Shown piece by piece: positions 8,593 to 17,892 of a stretch of 64,000 nt of DNA; positions within the stretch are counted from its first letter, which is position 1; every line of letters starts with the position of its first letter. Both the position numbers and the translations under genes were made by a program. The stretch is taken from positions 128,001 through 192,000 of IMG/VR virus record IMGVR_UViG_3300047469_000103, one strand, 5' to 3'. The notes under the pieces are model-generated. The model was not told the origin of the DNA, did no database searches, and was given only the letters and a program-made list of their open reading frames with translations. Origin of the DNA: a virus. Its lineage: Duplodnaviria > Caudoviricetes.

Positions 8593-9284
8593 TTTATTTC
8601 TCCAGCTTCCCAACGCTTAAACAAGTCATACAAACCTGCCGGATGATAAACCATGCTGACTTCCCAATTGTTGAAACGCTCACGCCACGTTTCTAACGGC
8701 TGGTACAAATCACCGGCACGCAGGAATTCTTTTGCGTACTCACACCAGAACATGATGCGCCCATCCGTGTGTACGAATGCAGTGAAAAACAAATCGTCCC
8801 ATTTGATAACCGCACCGCCCACCATTTCAGGCAAGTGGAAGTTTGGTTGGTGCGCAATGCACAGCGGTTCGTATTGTGCCCGTCCCTCTGCAATCAAATC
8901 TTTTTCTTTCTTGATTTCCCCGATGCGCATTGGCACCGTGGTATAGCTACGTTTTTCACCATCGGGCGGATTCATGTTTTCCTGAATCGCTGCGAGAATT
9001 GCATGCGGCATTTTCTCGCTAAGCATCGCCTGAAACACCAACGCACCTTCTTCAGTAAAGTACGTGTTTTCTACATCGCCGCCGTGAACGTATTTCACCA
9101 GTAGCAATTGTTTGGTTTTACCGTCCGAGCCTGTCCCGAAATATTGGACAATACCGAAGTCGCCCTCTTCCCCGTCCACGTACACATAATCGTCGTGGTT
9201 GGTTTCGAGCGTATCTTCCCACGCTTCAATCGGTGCCTTTAAAAGATGCACCAAAGCGTTACCGAATTCAGTTGAACCGAGCAT
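8589..9284 (-). CDS. hypothetical protein
   Basis: 231-aa ORF in gene chain. Confidence 0.8.
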   Translation of the reverse strand: MLGSTEFGNALVHLLKAPIEAWEDTLETNHDDYVYVDGEEGDFGIVQYFGTGSDGKTKQLLLVKYVHGGDVENTYFTEEGALVFQAMLSEKMPHAILAAIQENMNPPDGEKRSYTTVPMRIGEIKKEKDLIAEGRAQYEPLCIAHQPNFHLPEMVGGAVIKWDDLFFTAFVHTDGRIMFWCEYAKEFLRAGDLYQPLETWRERFNNWEVSMVYHPAGLYDLFKRWEAGEIN

Positions 9285-9293
9285 GATATGTCC

Positions 9294-9566
9294 CTATGGT
9301 TTTAACAGAAGAAATTCGACCTTCACCAGAACCGCTGGCTTGTCTTTACGCACCACAAAACTTTCGTGATGAATGCGATCAATTGCACGGCGCCCGGTTT
9401 CTTTTTCCAGCTTCGCGATTGCTTCATTCACTTTATGCAAAGCGCTTTCACGACAGTAGCGAACCGACTCCGCGAGACTGCTGATTGTTTCCTGCCGACC
9501 TACACGCTCTTGCATAGGCAGATGCACCGTATATTGACGGCTGTACAATTCGTTTTTATCAAACAT
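9294..9566 (-). CDS. hypothetical protein (paralog of 8037..8336)
   Basis: ORF in gene chain. Confidence 0.75.
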   Translation of the reverse strand: MFDKNELYSRQYTVHLPMQERVGRQETISSLAESVRYCRESALHKVNEAIAKLEKETGRRAIDRIHHESFVVRKDKPAVLVKVEFLLLKP

Positions 9567-9569
9567 AAA

Positions 9570-9920
9570 TCACCAATCCGATGGATGCCAGTATTCCAGA
9601 TTGCTTTTCAGCTTAGTCATTTCTTCCGGGTAGATGCCGCGCTTTTCTGCCAGTTCGAAAATCTCTTTCTTTACCTGTGCAGTCAGTTCTTTACGCTTCT
9701 TGAATTCCGGGTCGTAGGTGCAGACTTTCGCCAGACCAACTTTCATGAAATTCGGAGTGAATTCATAACGCGCACCACACTGGAAAGTAATCGACTCGTT
9801 CCAGTGACCACAGGTGTGCAATTCCCACTTGCGAGTTTCTTTTACGGTGCTGTTGCCGCACTTCAGGCAGCAGGTGATTTCCGAAATCCGTTTGATGCCA
9901 ATACTGTAATCAGTTTGCAT
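9570..9920 (-). CDS. putative zinc-ribbon protein
   Basis: CCLKCG...HTCGH...FQCG. Confidence 0.75.
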   Translation of the reverse strand: MQTDYSIGIKRISEITCCLKCGNSTVKETRKWELHTCGHWNESITFQCGARYEFTPNFMKVGLAKVCTYDPEFKKRKELTAQVKKEIFELAEKRGIYPEEMTKLKSNLEYWHPSDW

Positions 9921-9944
9921 AATTCTTTTCCTTGTCCTACAGGG

Positions 9945-9976
9945 AAAGGGCGAAGGAAAAATCCCCCGCCCCTTTT
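9945..9976 (-). terminator. stem-loop after the LemA-like module
   Basis: AAGGGGCG-GGGGA-TTTT-TCC-TT-CGCCCTTT. Confidence 0.5.
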
Positions 9977-9977
9977 G

Positions 9978-10298
9978 TCAGTCCAGCACTACGCCGTTTT
10001 GAATGCGCACATGTTCACGGTAGAAAATCGCCGTGTAGAGAAAACCGGGCCACGCAATCAGAGTCCCGACAAAACCGCCAACAATCAAACCTGCATATTT
10101 CGAAGTATCTGCATCTTTGAAGAGGGCGTAATTCGGAATCATTGTGCGGGCACGTTCTGCTGCGTGAGCTTTCGACGTACCAGAAACCAGAATGGCTTCA
10201 CCGGCGCCGTAGCTTGCAATGCGGGCAATTGCTTTCTGCGAAACAAACGCAGAAGTTACAATGCCGATTACGAGATACCACAGGACGAATACGAGCAT
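9978..10298 (-). CDS. two-TM membrane protein
   Basis: Hydrophobic helices at aa 1-20 and about 70-92. Confidence 0.75.
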   Translation of the reverse strand: MLVFVLWYLVIGIVTSAFVSQKAIARIASYGAGEAILVSGTSKAHAAERARTMIPNYALFKDADTSKYAGLIVGGFVGTLIAWPGFLYTAIFYREHVRIQNGVVLD

Positions 10299-10873
10299 TA
10301 GTAAAGCCCGCCGTCAGTGCCAGTCTTGAACGATTCTGCCGACTTGTCATTCAGCAGAACTTTGAAATCATCAGTGTCGCCATTACAGCCGGTGTGCAGA
10401 GTAGGCAGACCGAAGAAACTCAGGATCGGGCCATGCGGGAAATTGCGGGAAATATCACACGCGTTACGTTTGCGATCTACCAGCATTTTTTCCGACTTCA
10501 GGAATTCGGTACGACCGCTATCAATGATGTTCATGATTTTGGTGTACAGTTCCGGCGACGGCGCAACGTTGTGTTCTTTCAACATTGTGACCATCGGGTT
10601 TTTCCCATCGTTACGACTGTGAATCTGTTCGTTAACGGTGGCCTTGATATCGTCTACGCTCATGCCGCGAATGCCGATGGTTTCTTTAACCTTCTGGCTG
10701 ATATTCGACAGCGTGGTTTGACGGCTTTCGTTCGCTGCGACAATTCCGTTTTCCAGCTTCACGAAATTATTGCGGATGCCCACGGCCCAAATGATCGTAA
10801 CGATCAGCAGACCAATGAAAGCGAGGCTGATAGCACCGCCAATACCGATTGCACCACGTTGATTGCGTTTCAT
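10298..10873 (-). CDS. LemA-family-like membrane protein
   Basis: N-terminal TM, then NNFVKLENGIVAA and C-terminal RNFPHGPILSFFG, as in LemA proteins. Confidence 0.65.
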   Translation of the reverse strand: MKRNQRGAIGIGGAISLAFIGLLIVTIIWAVGIRNNFVKLENGIVAANESRQTTLSNISQKVKETIGIRGMSVDDIKATVNEQIHSRNDGKNPMVTMLKEHNVAPSPELYTKIMNIIDSGRTEFLKSEKMLVDRKRNACDISRNFPHGPILSFFGLPTLHTGCNGDTDDFKVLLNDKSAESFKTGTDGGLY

Positions 10874-10899
10874 GATTTTCCTTAATGAGTATTTTGCGT

Positions 10900-11955
10900 T
10901 TATACGAATCGACGGCGACGATAGCCGTAGCCACGTCTTCCGAACTTCTCGCTATATGCCTTTACAGTTAATCCCATGCAGGCCAACAGCAGGAACGTAC
11001 CGAGGATTTCCACCCAAAGCGGCGCGCTGTATTCGGATTCAAGGAAGTCGTATTGACGCAAATCTTCCCGTTCAAAATATGGCAGCGATAATTCAATCGC
11101 GCCAAGCAATTCACCAACGTCATAGGCGCCGAGCTTTCCAGCTTTTTCGGTCAGCACCATATTGAAGTCGGCCATTTCTTCGTTACGTTTCGTGTTGGTC
11201 GAACGGCTGAAGACTTCCGCTTTCTGCACCACGTTATCAGTGAGATAAAGTGTCAGAACAACATCGTTCTTTTTTCCGCCAGTCCACTTGTTCCGTAACG
11301 CATCGGAAAAGCCTACATCTTTCACCGCGTCCACAACGCAAACAATTACGTTCGCACCACGGAACGGCCCCCAGTCCCTTTGCGCAACTGCAAGTTTTCC
11401 AGAAAGTTCGTCGCTCGCCACAATTCGCGAAAGCCCACGATCCACTTGGAAGCCGTTGTAGATACTTGGATACTCAGGCAACCAACCGGTGTACTGATCT
11501 TGTTTATTCAGCATTACGGTTTGTTCACTAACGTACTGAAAATTCAGAAAACGTTTCGTGGTTGCGTAAGCATCGCCTAGCGCCGTGAACTTGTAGATTT
11601 CCGGCTCATTGGATTTCGAATACGTGTGTTCCGAATACGCATCGTCATCAATGTTGGAAATCACCGACCATTTCCACCGGGGAATTTGTCGGGTACAAGT
11701 TTTCGATTTGCCGTGAGAATCCGTGCCGCAACTGTACGTTTCCGTTTCAGGATCATACGTGCGTTTCTTCGCGACGACTGCGCCCGAAAGCAATTCTACA
11801 TCCGAGGCTTGAGCATACAGAGCGCCATAATAAAAACCCACGGCAACAATGATGCCCACAGCCCCGGCCAGAAGTGCTTCGATTGCATCACGTCGCCACG
11901 CAAAAAGCGCGACAGCAGCAACCATTGCGATTGCCGTATACATGATGATATCCAA
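10900..11955 (-). CDS. membrane protein with large periplasmic (TPM-like) domain
   Basis: 2 N-terminal TMs, 1 C-terminal TM; GANVIVCVV...WTGGKKNDVVL; adjacent to the LemA-like gene. Confidence 0.7.
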   Translation of the reverse strand: MDIIMYTAIAMVAAVALFAWRRDAIEALLAGAVGIIVAVGFYYGALYAQASDVELLSGAVVAKKRTYDPETETYSCGTDSHGKSKTCTRQIPRWKWSVISNIDDDAYSEHTYSKSNEPEIYKFTALGDAYATTKRFLNFQYVSEQTVMLNKQDQYTGWLPEYPSIYNGFQVDRGLSRIVASDELSGKLAVAQRDWGPFRGANVIVCVVDAVKDVGFSDALRNKWTGGKKNDVVLTLYLTDNVVQKAEVFSRSTNTKRNEEMADFNMVLTEKAGKLGAYDVGELLGAIELSLPYFEREDLRQYDFLESEYSAPLWVEILGTFLLLACMGLTVKAYSEKFGRRGYGYRRRRFV

Positions 11956-11960
11956 AACTT

Positions 11961-12434
11961 TTATTCCTCAGAAACGCCCGGTTTACGAACGATTACGTCG
12001 CCATATTCCAGCGCAGCATTCCACGCTTCTACCGTGTTATACGCACTGGTGCCGACGAACAGTGCGTTACGGGTTTCACGATCAAACAGCATGAACGTGT
12101 CTTCGTCGAGGAAACTAACGGTGAAATAACCGTCTTGGAATTTGAACACTTGCCCGCCGCGAATGATGTACAGCGGCAAACCTTTTTCGATATCGAACGC
12201 TTCGTTTTTCAGACGCATGCGCAACGCAGCTTCTTTCACAATCGGCCACGGAACAACTTCGCCTTTTTCGTCACAAACCAACTGGTGTTCGAAGTAGCCG
12301 TCGCCATCACCGAAACCGCGAATGATTTCGTCGGCGTAATTGGTGCTGGTCATTGGCACGCAGCCGGAATCATACAGCGCGTAAGCAATGGCTTCTTTGT
12401 CGTCGAGGGTCAGCAGATTGCGTTCGGTGTTCAT
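11961..12434 (-). CDS. hypothetical protein
   Basis: ORF in gene chain. Confidence 0.8.
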   Translation of the reverse strand: MNTERNLLTLDDKEAIAYALYDSGCVPMTSTNYADEIIRGFGDGDGYFEHQLVCDEKGEVVPWPIVKEAALRMRLKNEAFDIEKGLPLYIIRGGQVFKFQDGYFTVSFLDEDTFMLFDRETRNALFVGTSAYNTVEAWNAALEYGDVIVRKPGVSEE

Positions 12435-12649
12435 TATTGAATGCTCCAGAAACCGTGAGTGTCCACGTTGAAAGTTGTGTCGTATTGTTTGAGTGTTTCG
12501 ATTGCTTTGTTTGCACTTTCTTCCGACCGGAAATGCGCAGCCTCTTCCTTATTGTCGGTTGTCATCACGCCGTCACGATTGGAAGCGACGTAATAGAAAA
12601 TGCGGCCCTGTTCCGGCACATAAGTTCCTAGCACAAAAAGCTGATCCAT
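12434..12649 (-). CDS. hypothetical protein (tandem paralog A)
   Basis: Start at TAATG overlap (MDQLFVL); similar to 12649..12873. Confidence 0.75.
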   Translation of the reverse strand: MDQLFVLGTYVPEQGRIFYYVASNRDGVMTTDNKEEAAHFRSEESANKAIETLKQYDTTFNVDTHGFWSIQ

Positions 12650-12873
12650 TACCGCCTCCAATTCGTTGTCGGTACAACTTTGAAATTCACGCCCATTGCA
12701 TGCAGCGGTTTTGCAGCACCTTCGGCAGCTTGTAGCGTCAGGTAATGCGCTGCGTCTTCGGTTTTGTTAGAACACAGCAAACCATTCTCACCGCTCAGGC
12801 CACAGAAATAAAACGTGTCATCGTGGTCGGAACGATAGGCGCCGAGAATGTACATCTGCACCAATTCAGTCAT
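12649..12873 (-). CDS. hypothetical protein (tandem paralog B)
   Basis: Similar to 12434..12649. Confidence 0.75.
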   Translation of the reverse strand: MTELVQMYILGAYRSDHDDTFYFCGLSGENGLLCSNKTEDAAHYLTLQAAEGAAKPLHAMGVNFKVVPTTNWRR

Positions 12874-13319
12874 GGCAAAACTTCCGGTTCAAAATCATCT
12901 AATTCCACATAGCGAACCAGCGTACACAAATAACACTTGCGGCCTTTTTCATCAGTGCGTGACGCGTGGTGATTGCCGTAGCCGTTCCAGTGTTCCCACC
13001 CGTCAGCCGCGAGTTTTGCCGGAACCTTTACACCGCTTTTCCTTTCGAGCAATTTGTACGACATTGTTTCGCGTCGTTTGCCATAATGGCCCATACCGCG
13101 TTCGTCGAATTCGATTTTACACGGACGATCCATCAGATTGCCCAACGCGAGCATTAATTCGGCTGCGTCAATTTGCACATCCAACAAACGAAAGCCGGTC
13201 AGGTTGTCTTTTACAGAAATTCGAAATGCGGTTTTGCCATCGTCGGATTCTGCACTGCGCCCGATGCTTAACGTTGTTGGGGATTCCTTTTCAAGAATCC
13301 GTTTAATCGTGCGACTCAT
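12870..13319 (-). CDS. hypothetical protein
   Basis: ORF in gene chain. Confidence 0.8.
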   Translation of the reverse strand: MSRTIKRILEKESPTTLSIGRSAESDDGKTAFRISVKDNLTGFRLLDVQIDAAELMLALGNLMDRPCKIEFDERGMGHYGKRRETMSYKLLERKSGVKVPAKLAADGWEHWNGYGNHHASRTDEKGRKCYLCTLVRYVELDDFEPEVLP

Positions 13320-13543
13320 TTCGACTGGCCCGGTTTGTAACCTTCTGGCAAATCATCCCACGCGAGAATTTCCACTTCTTCCCAATGGCCCATCCAATCT
13401 TGATACCAGCCAGTTTGGCGAGCGCCGTTCGGGTGTGTGAATTTCGCACGTTCAACTTCACCGTTTTTCAACGTCACCAGATACCAACCGTAATTCTCCG
13501 GCAACGTTTTTTCATACGGCATTTTCCAGTTTGCAATTGCCAT
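13316..13543 (-). CDS. DUF551-like small protein
   Basis: W.....LPENYGWYLVT...EILAWDDLPE pattern; start reassigned to ATG 13543. Confidence 0.6.
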   Translation of the reverse strand: MAIANWKMPYEKTLPENYGWYLVTLKNGEVERAKFTHPNGARQTGWYQDWMGHWEEVEILAWDDLPEGYKPGQSK

Positions 13544-13544
13544 G

Positions 13545-13757
13545 TCACCACCCTGAAATGATGTAGCAGTTATCGTCGAGTTTTGGTTCGACTTTAAACC
13601 CGCCCTTTTCCAAATCGTCAATCAGCGTTTGGTTGATCTTGTCAGCCTGCCACGCGATTTGTGATTTGCCACCGATGCCCGCCTCTTTCATGCGCTGGTA
13701 AAGATCGCGATAATTCGGGGACGATTTGATGCACGCTTTCAGTTCCACGAGAGTCAT
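13545..13757 (-). CDS. hypothetical protein
   Basis: ORF with GAGG RBS. Confidence 0.75.
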   Translation of the reverse strand: MTLVELKACIKSSPNYRDLYQRMKEAGIGGKSQIAWQADKINQTLIDDLEKGGFKVEPKLDDNCYIISGW

Positions 13758-13799
13758 AAAATGTCCTCTATCATTAGACCATCAAAAGTCTATGTAGTT

Positions 13800-13810
13800 C
13801 ATTTACAGTT
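13800..13810 (-). promoter_or_regulatory. putative phage late-type promoter AACTGTAAAT
   Basis: Same 10-mer is intergenic at 54910..54919; no -35 box. Confidence 0.4.
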
Positions 13811-13811
13811 T

Positions 13812-14558
13812 TTATTCGTACTGGATACCGTGAGCGTCCAGTACAGCTTTTACTTCGTTTAGTGCTTCCTGCCGTACCGATGCTTCCCGTGGCGTACTGC
13901 CGAGACTGTGCGCTACAGGAAGTTGCAGTTTTTTACGACCGAAGTTTTCGTCACGCTTGCCGACCATCGCGTGGTAAATAGCGTCAATCAGTTTCGGGTC
14001 GTTAAGGTCTTGACCACTTGCGTTTGCCAGTGCGTTAAAACCGGCTGTGCGCATTTCGTCAGTGACTTGGAAAGCAAACGGCGCATTCCATTCACGTTCA
14101 ACAATTGTCGCAGCGCTGTCGGTCAGGTGGCGCAGTTGTTCCGTGAGTTCGTAGGCTTTGTCTTCGATGCCTTTCATGGCATTTTCAAACAGAACTTTTG
14201 CTTGGCGTTTTACCGCCGCTTCGAAATCACTCAGGCCACTTTTCTGTGCGCGGTATTCCAGCATGCGACCGGAAAATTCCGAACACATGTCTTCCAGCGT
14301 TTCGATAAGAATCGGCACGTCGTTAAGCTGGATGGAAATGCGCAGTTTTTCCAAATCCCAATCGGGCCTTTCCGAAAGTTCTTTCAGCACGCCAGCTTTG
14401 ACGTAACCTAGCAGAATCACTTCCAGAAATTGCCGACCACCATCCGCAGCTTTGCGGTCGAGGTCACGCATTTTTACTTCTTCGTAAACAGGCACGTCAC
14501 GGATGAATTGATCGGTGTGTGCGCAGCCGTGAATCTTTGCTTTCAGTGGAGTCGTCAT
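13812..14558 (-). CDS. hypothetical mosaic protein (Ead/Ea22-like C-terminus)
   Basis: VTDEMRTAG module and EVKAVLDAHGIQYE end. Confidence 0.75.
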   Translation of the reverse strand: MTTPLKAKIHGCAHTDQFIRDVPVYEEVKMRDLDRKAADGGRQFLEVILLGYVKAGVLKELSERPDWDLEKLRISIQLNDVPILIETLEDMCSEFSGRMLEYRAQKSGLSDFEAAVKRQAKVLFENAMKGIEDKAYELTEQLRHLTDSAATIVEREWNAPFAFQVTDEMRTAGFNALANASGQDLNDPKLIDAIYHAMVGKRDENFGRKKLQLPVAHSLGSTPREASVRQEALNEVKAVLDAHGIQYE

Positions 14559-14986
14559 GCTTTTTTCTCACGCACGTTAGTGACGATTTTCATCAGGCCC
14601 ATGAATTCGAAATTGGAATCCGATTCGCAGCGATAAACAATCAGTTTCCATTCCGGGTGCTGTTCGACATGTTCAAGCGCATCGAGCATCATTTTGTCGC
14701 CGGGAATGTACGGCCACGAATTGGAAAACTCGCCAGTTGCATTGTTGAACCAAACGGCTTTTTCGTCTGGCTGCAATTTCAGGTATTCCGACAAAGCACG
14801 CATCAAATTTTCGTAGCTTTCGTCATAGTCGATGTGCGTGTAACCGGGCGGCGGCTCTGTGCCTTTTGGGTGCGAACGCGGGAACCAGTAATCATGCTTG
14901 ATCGAACCGGGTGTGACTCCCGGTGATTCATATTCGTAGGCGTAGATAGGCACCAACGAACGCAACTTATCCCAATCAATTTTCAT
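14555..14986 (-). CDS. hypothetical protein
   Basis: ORF in gene chain. Confidence 0.8.
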   Translation of the reverse strand: MKIDWDKLRSLVPIYAYEYESPGVTPGSIKHDYWFPRSHPKGTEPPPGYTHIDYDESYENLMRALSEYLKLQPDEKAVWFNNATGEFSNSWPYIPGDKMMLDALEHVEQHPEWKLIVYRCESDSNFEFMGLMKIVTNVREKKA

Positions 14987-14993
14987 GACAACC

Positions 14994-15698
14994 TCACGGA
15001 ATAAAAATGTTGGTGTTCAACCCGTGCTGTTCGATTTTCACAGCAGTGACCGGGTGAATCAAACCGAATGCTTCAGGGCGCAGACAGTCGAGGATTTGAC
15101 CGGCAACATATGCACGGTAAGTTTCCAGATTGTATTCGTCCAGTTTGTCAGCACCGGCCCACTGATTACGCACGTAACCGAACTCGTGTAGCATGCGGAT
15201 AAATTCCGCTTTATCCCACGTGACGCCCCGATTGTCGCTGGCGTCAGAAGCAATGCGCAGCAGTTCCCAAATGTTGCGTGCCAAATCGCCTTCCGGTTGG
15301 GTCAGACCGTCGCGTTTTTGTGCAGGGAAATCTTCGTTCAAATGCACAGTCAATTGCCACATAACTGCGTCCATGCGTTCTTGGTTTTTCACCAGACGCG
15401 CAGCGGATTCCGCAGCCTGTGCAATTCCTTCCGGTGACTTGCGATATTTCTCACTGGCTTCGTTCATCATCACTTTGAATTCGTCCCACACTTTATTCAC
15501 GTCGGAACCTTGCACGATTTCAACAGTGTGTTCATTGAATTTCAGCGTGGCGGAAATCGACGGACGCCCGTTAGAAGCACGGTCGTAATTGTGCAGTTTC
15601 AGGTATTCGATGATTTCGATAACTGTCGGACGAAAACTGTCGCCACCGCAAGCGTCGAAATGGTGAACATGTTCGTCTTTTTTGAATACGGTAGCCAT
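14994..15698 (-). CDS. hypothetical protein
   Basis: 234-aa ORF in gene chain. Confidence 0.8.
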   Translation of the reverse strand: MATVFKKDEHVHHFDACGGDSFRPTVIEIIEYLKLHNYDRASNGRPSISATLKFNEHTVEIVQGSDVNKVWDEFKVMMNEASEKYRKSPEGIAQAAESAARLVKNQERMDAVMWQLTVHLNEDFPAQKRDGLTQPEGDLARNIWELLRIASDASDNRGVTWDKAEFIRMLHEFGYVRNQWAGADKLDEYNLETYRAYVAGQILDCLRPEAFGLIHPVTAVKIEQHGLNTNIFIP

Positions 15699-15922
15699 CA
15701 GCGTTTAATCCTTGCTTGTTGGAGAATTTGACCGGCTTCGTATTGCAGGTCTTCCCATTGGCGAGTCGCAGCGCGTTCGGCTTCGCTCAGTTGATTGTCA
15801 CCACCCAATTTAATGCGGCGGTTTTCTTGCGCGTCACGAATGCCCATCAGCGCTTGCGCAGCGAACGCGTAATTCGCTTCTGCAATTTTCAACGCGTTTT
15901 CTTGTTCCGTCGTCATGGTCAT
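15698..15922 (-). CDS. hypothetical protein
   Basis: Start reassigned to ATGA overlap at 15922. Confidence 0.7.
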   Translation of the reverse strand: MTMTTEQENALKIAEANYAFAAQALMGIRDAQENRRIKLGGDNQLSEAERAATRQWEDLQYEAGQILQQARIKR

Positions 15923-16365
15923 TTCCACATGTAAGTTGCAGGATAAGAACCGGATGTTTTCTTGCCCAGTTCGTTTGCGTAGTACAGACGAATTGCATCG
16001 CAACGCCAATCCCACTGTTTATGCTTCAGCAGGTCGGCCAGAACTTTTTGCAGGAACGGCAGCAGCGAACCTTTGTCGTCGAAAAGGAAGTCGTGAATTT
16101 CCATTAAGCGTTCGTGTTCGTGTTGCTGATCGGGCGCCATCGCCTTCCATGTTGAAAGGTCGTAATAGGTGCGGTGCGGATCGTAGTTAAGTGGGAAATT
16201 CCCGTTTGCATCGAATGCACTTTCCAGCGCTTCCATAACCGGGTCGTAAACGGCCAGCATCATTTCCCGGTCGTACATAAAACCGTCGTCACGAATGCGC
16301 TCAGTTAATTCGCGAGTAATCGCTTTGAAATTGTTGTCGCGGCTGCGTTGCATTTTACGACTCAT
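15919..16365 (-). CDS. hypothetical protein
   Basis: ORF in gene chain. Confidence 0.8.
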   Translation of the reverse strand: MSRKMQRSRDNNFKAITRELTERIRDDGFMYDREMMLAVYDPVMEALESAFDANGNFPLNYDPHRTYYDLSTWKAMAPDQQHEHERLMEIHDFLFDDKGSLLPFLQKVLADLLKHKQWDWRCDAIRLYYANELGKKTSGSYPATYMWK

Positions 16366-17030
16366 TTGTCATCCTCCGGCACTACGCCTTTGCGCAAATC
16401 ACGCGCAGCTTTGAACGTCTTGTGCATTTCATCAGACATGGTTCCGCATGCCCTGTGCAGGTCGTCGCTCATTGCAGACAAACCGTCAGACATGCGGCCA
16501 ACCGAATCGAAAATACTGTCGAATTGCTTTTGCATTTCCGGCGTCATGTTTCCGCTGGTGTACGTGTGCGTTTCTTTGTAGTGGTACGCCGCAGCTTCTT
16601 CGAGAATTTCTTCTTTTGTTTTCTCGCTCGCTTCTGGTTTCGGTTCTTCTTTTTCTTTCGGCCACACGCCGATGTGGAAAGCGAACGTAAGGAACTGGAA
16701 CACTAACACGCGCATCGTTTTCCCGCGCATGGTGCCTAGTTCGAAATATTGCGTACATTTACGCCCGTCGCGGTTGATGTAAAACAGCGGCGTCATGCTG
16801 AAACGAAAACGCATGTAGAACTTGCCGAGACGCAGCACGTAGGCCGGGTCGTCGTGCATCAGTCCAATGAGAAAAACAAAGCATTGCGAAATCAGGAAGA
16901 TCGAAAAGCCGATGTAGAAACTTTCATTGTCCCCACCAATTCCGAAAATCGGCAAGGAGATAAATGTGCCCGTGCAGAGAATCAGCAAAAGCACACTGGC
17001 GATTTGTCTTTCCGTTCGAATAATTGTCAT
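16362..17030 (-). CDS. membrane protein with acidic helical C-terminus
   Basis: Two N-terminal TM helices. Confidence 0.75.
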   Translation of the reverse strand: MTIIRTERQIASVLLLILCTGTFISLPIFGIGGDNESFYIGFSIFLISQCFVFLIGLMHDDPAYVLRLGKFYMRFRFSMTPLFYINRDGRKCTQYFELGTMRGKTMRVLVFQFLTFAFHIGVWPKEKEEPKPEASEKTKEEILEEAAAYHYKETHTYTSGNMTPEMQKQFDSIFDSVGRMSDGLSAMSDDLHRACGTMSDEMHKTFKAARDLRKGVVPEDDK

Positions 17031-17037
17031 GTCTGCC

Positions 17038-17892
17038 TCACAGAGCCATGATGTTTAAAAAGTGGCTTTCGATAGTGGCGTTCATTACTTCACTGTCGCA
17101 CAAACCAAACGTAGAGTTTTGCAATTGTTCCAGCGCTTGAGCGTTCACCAGAACAACGTCGTGCATGCCGACAACCAGACACGTTAACGCGGCACCGTTG
17201 CAGTCGATAACAGCATCGGGCAAACCGACGAATACAGACGGACTCAACGGGATTCCTTTGTCGGGATAAACACGCGCTTTAATGTCGATTGTTACGGCGT
17301 GCGTAAAACCTTTCTTCCAGCTTTCGCTGCGTCGATGATTCAGCAGCAAATCAATCATGCAACGGCCCCGTAGGAGACGCACACGAGGTTGCACAACCGG
17401 GTGCAATGGTTTCTTTGTGACAAATACAAACTTCGCCGTGAAGCGCAGATGATAGCCCCGCTCCAGCATCACCAGACTGCACGCTGTATTGAATTCGTCG
17501 TTTGTGTTGGGCCAGATAGTGGCGATATTACGAAACGTCGCAGGCGACAGCACAAGGCCGTTCGGGGCAGCGCTTTTCATCAGGTCAACCAACCGGTCAC
17601 AAATGTTCCGAGTCAGCGCGGGCCACTGTGTTTTGTCCACGTCAATAATTGGAATTTGCGAAACCGTTACGCCGCCGATACCGAACGTGATTTTGTAGCC
17701 TTTGCTTTTCATCAGTTCGCGCATGGTGCGTTTGAATGCGTGGTCATGTTCGTAACCGGTAATGACTTTCGCCGCGACTGCATTGAAAAGCGTCAGCGGG
17801 AAATGATACGGCTTCATTCCGCGCTGTTTGATCGAGTTGATTAAATCCGCAGCAAGCTGTTTGTACTCGGGTGAAAAGTCGCACTTATTCAT
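17038..17892 (-). CDS. hypothetical protein with duplicated N-terminal domain
   Basis: Two ~70-aa units ending KGYKITF / RGYHLRF. Confidence 0.8.
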   Translation of the reverse strand: MNKCDFSPEYKQLAADLINSIKQRGMKPYHFPLTLFNAVAAKVITGYEHDHAFKRTMRELMKSKGYKITFGIGGVTVSQIPIIDVDKTQWPALTRNICDRLVDLMKSAAPNGLVLSPATFRNIATIWPNTNDEFNTACSLVMLERGYHLRFTAKFVFVTKKPLHPVVQPRVRLLRGRCMIDLLLNHRRSESWKKGFTHAVTIDIKARVYPDKGIPLSPSVFVGLPDAVIDCNGAALTCLVVGMHDVVLVNAQALEQLQNSTFGLCDSEVMNATIESHFLNIMAL

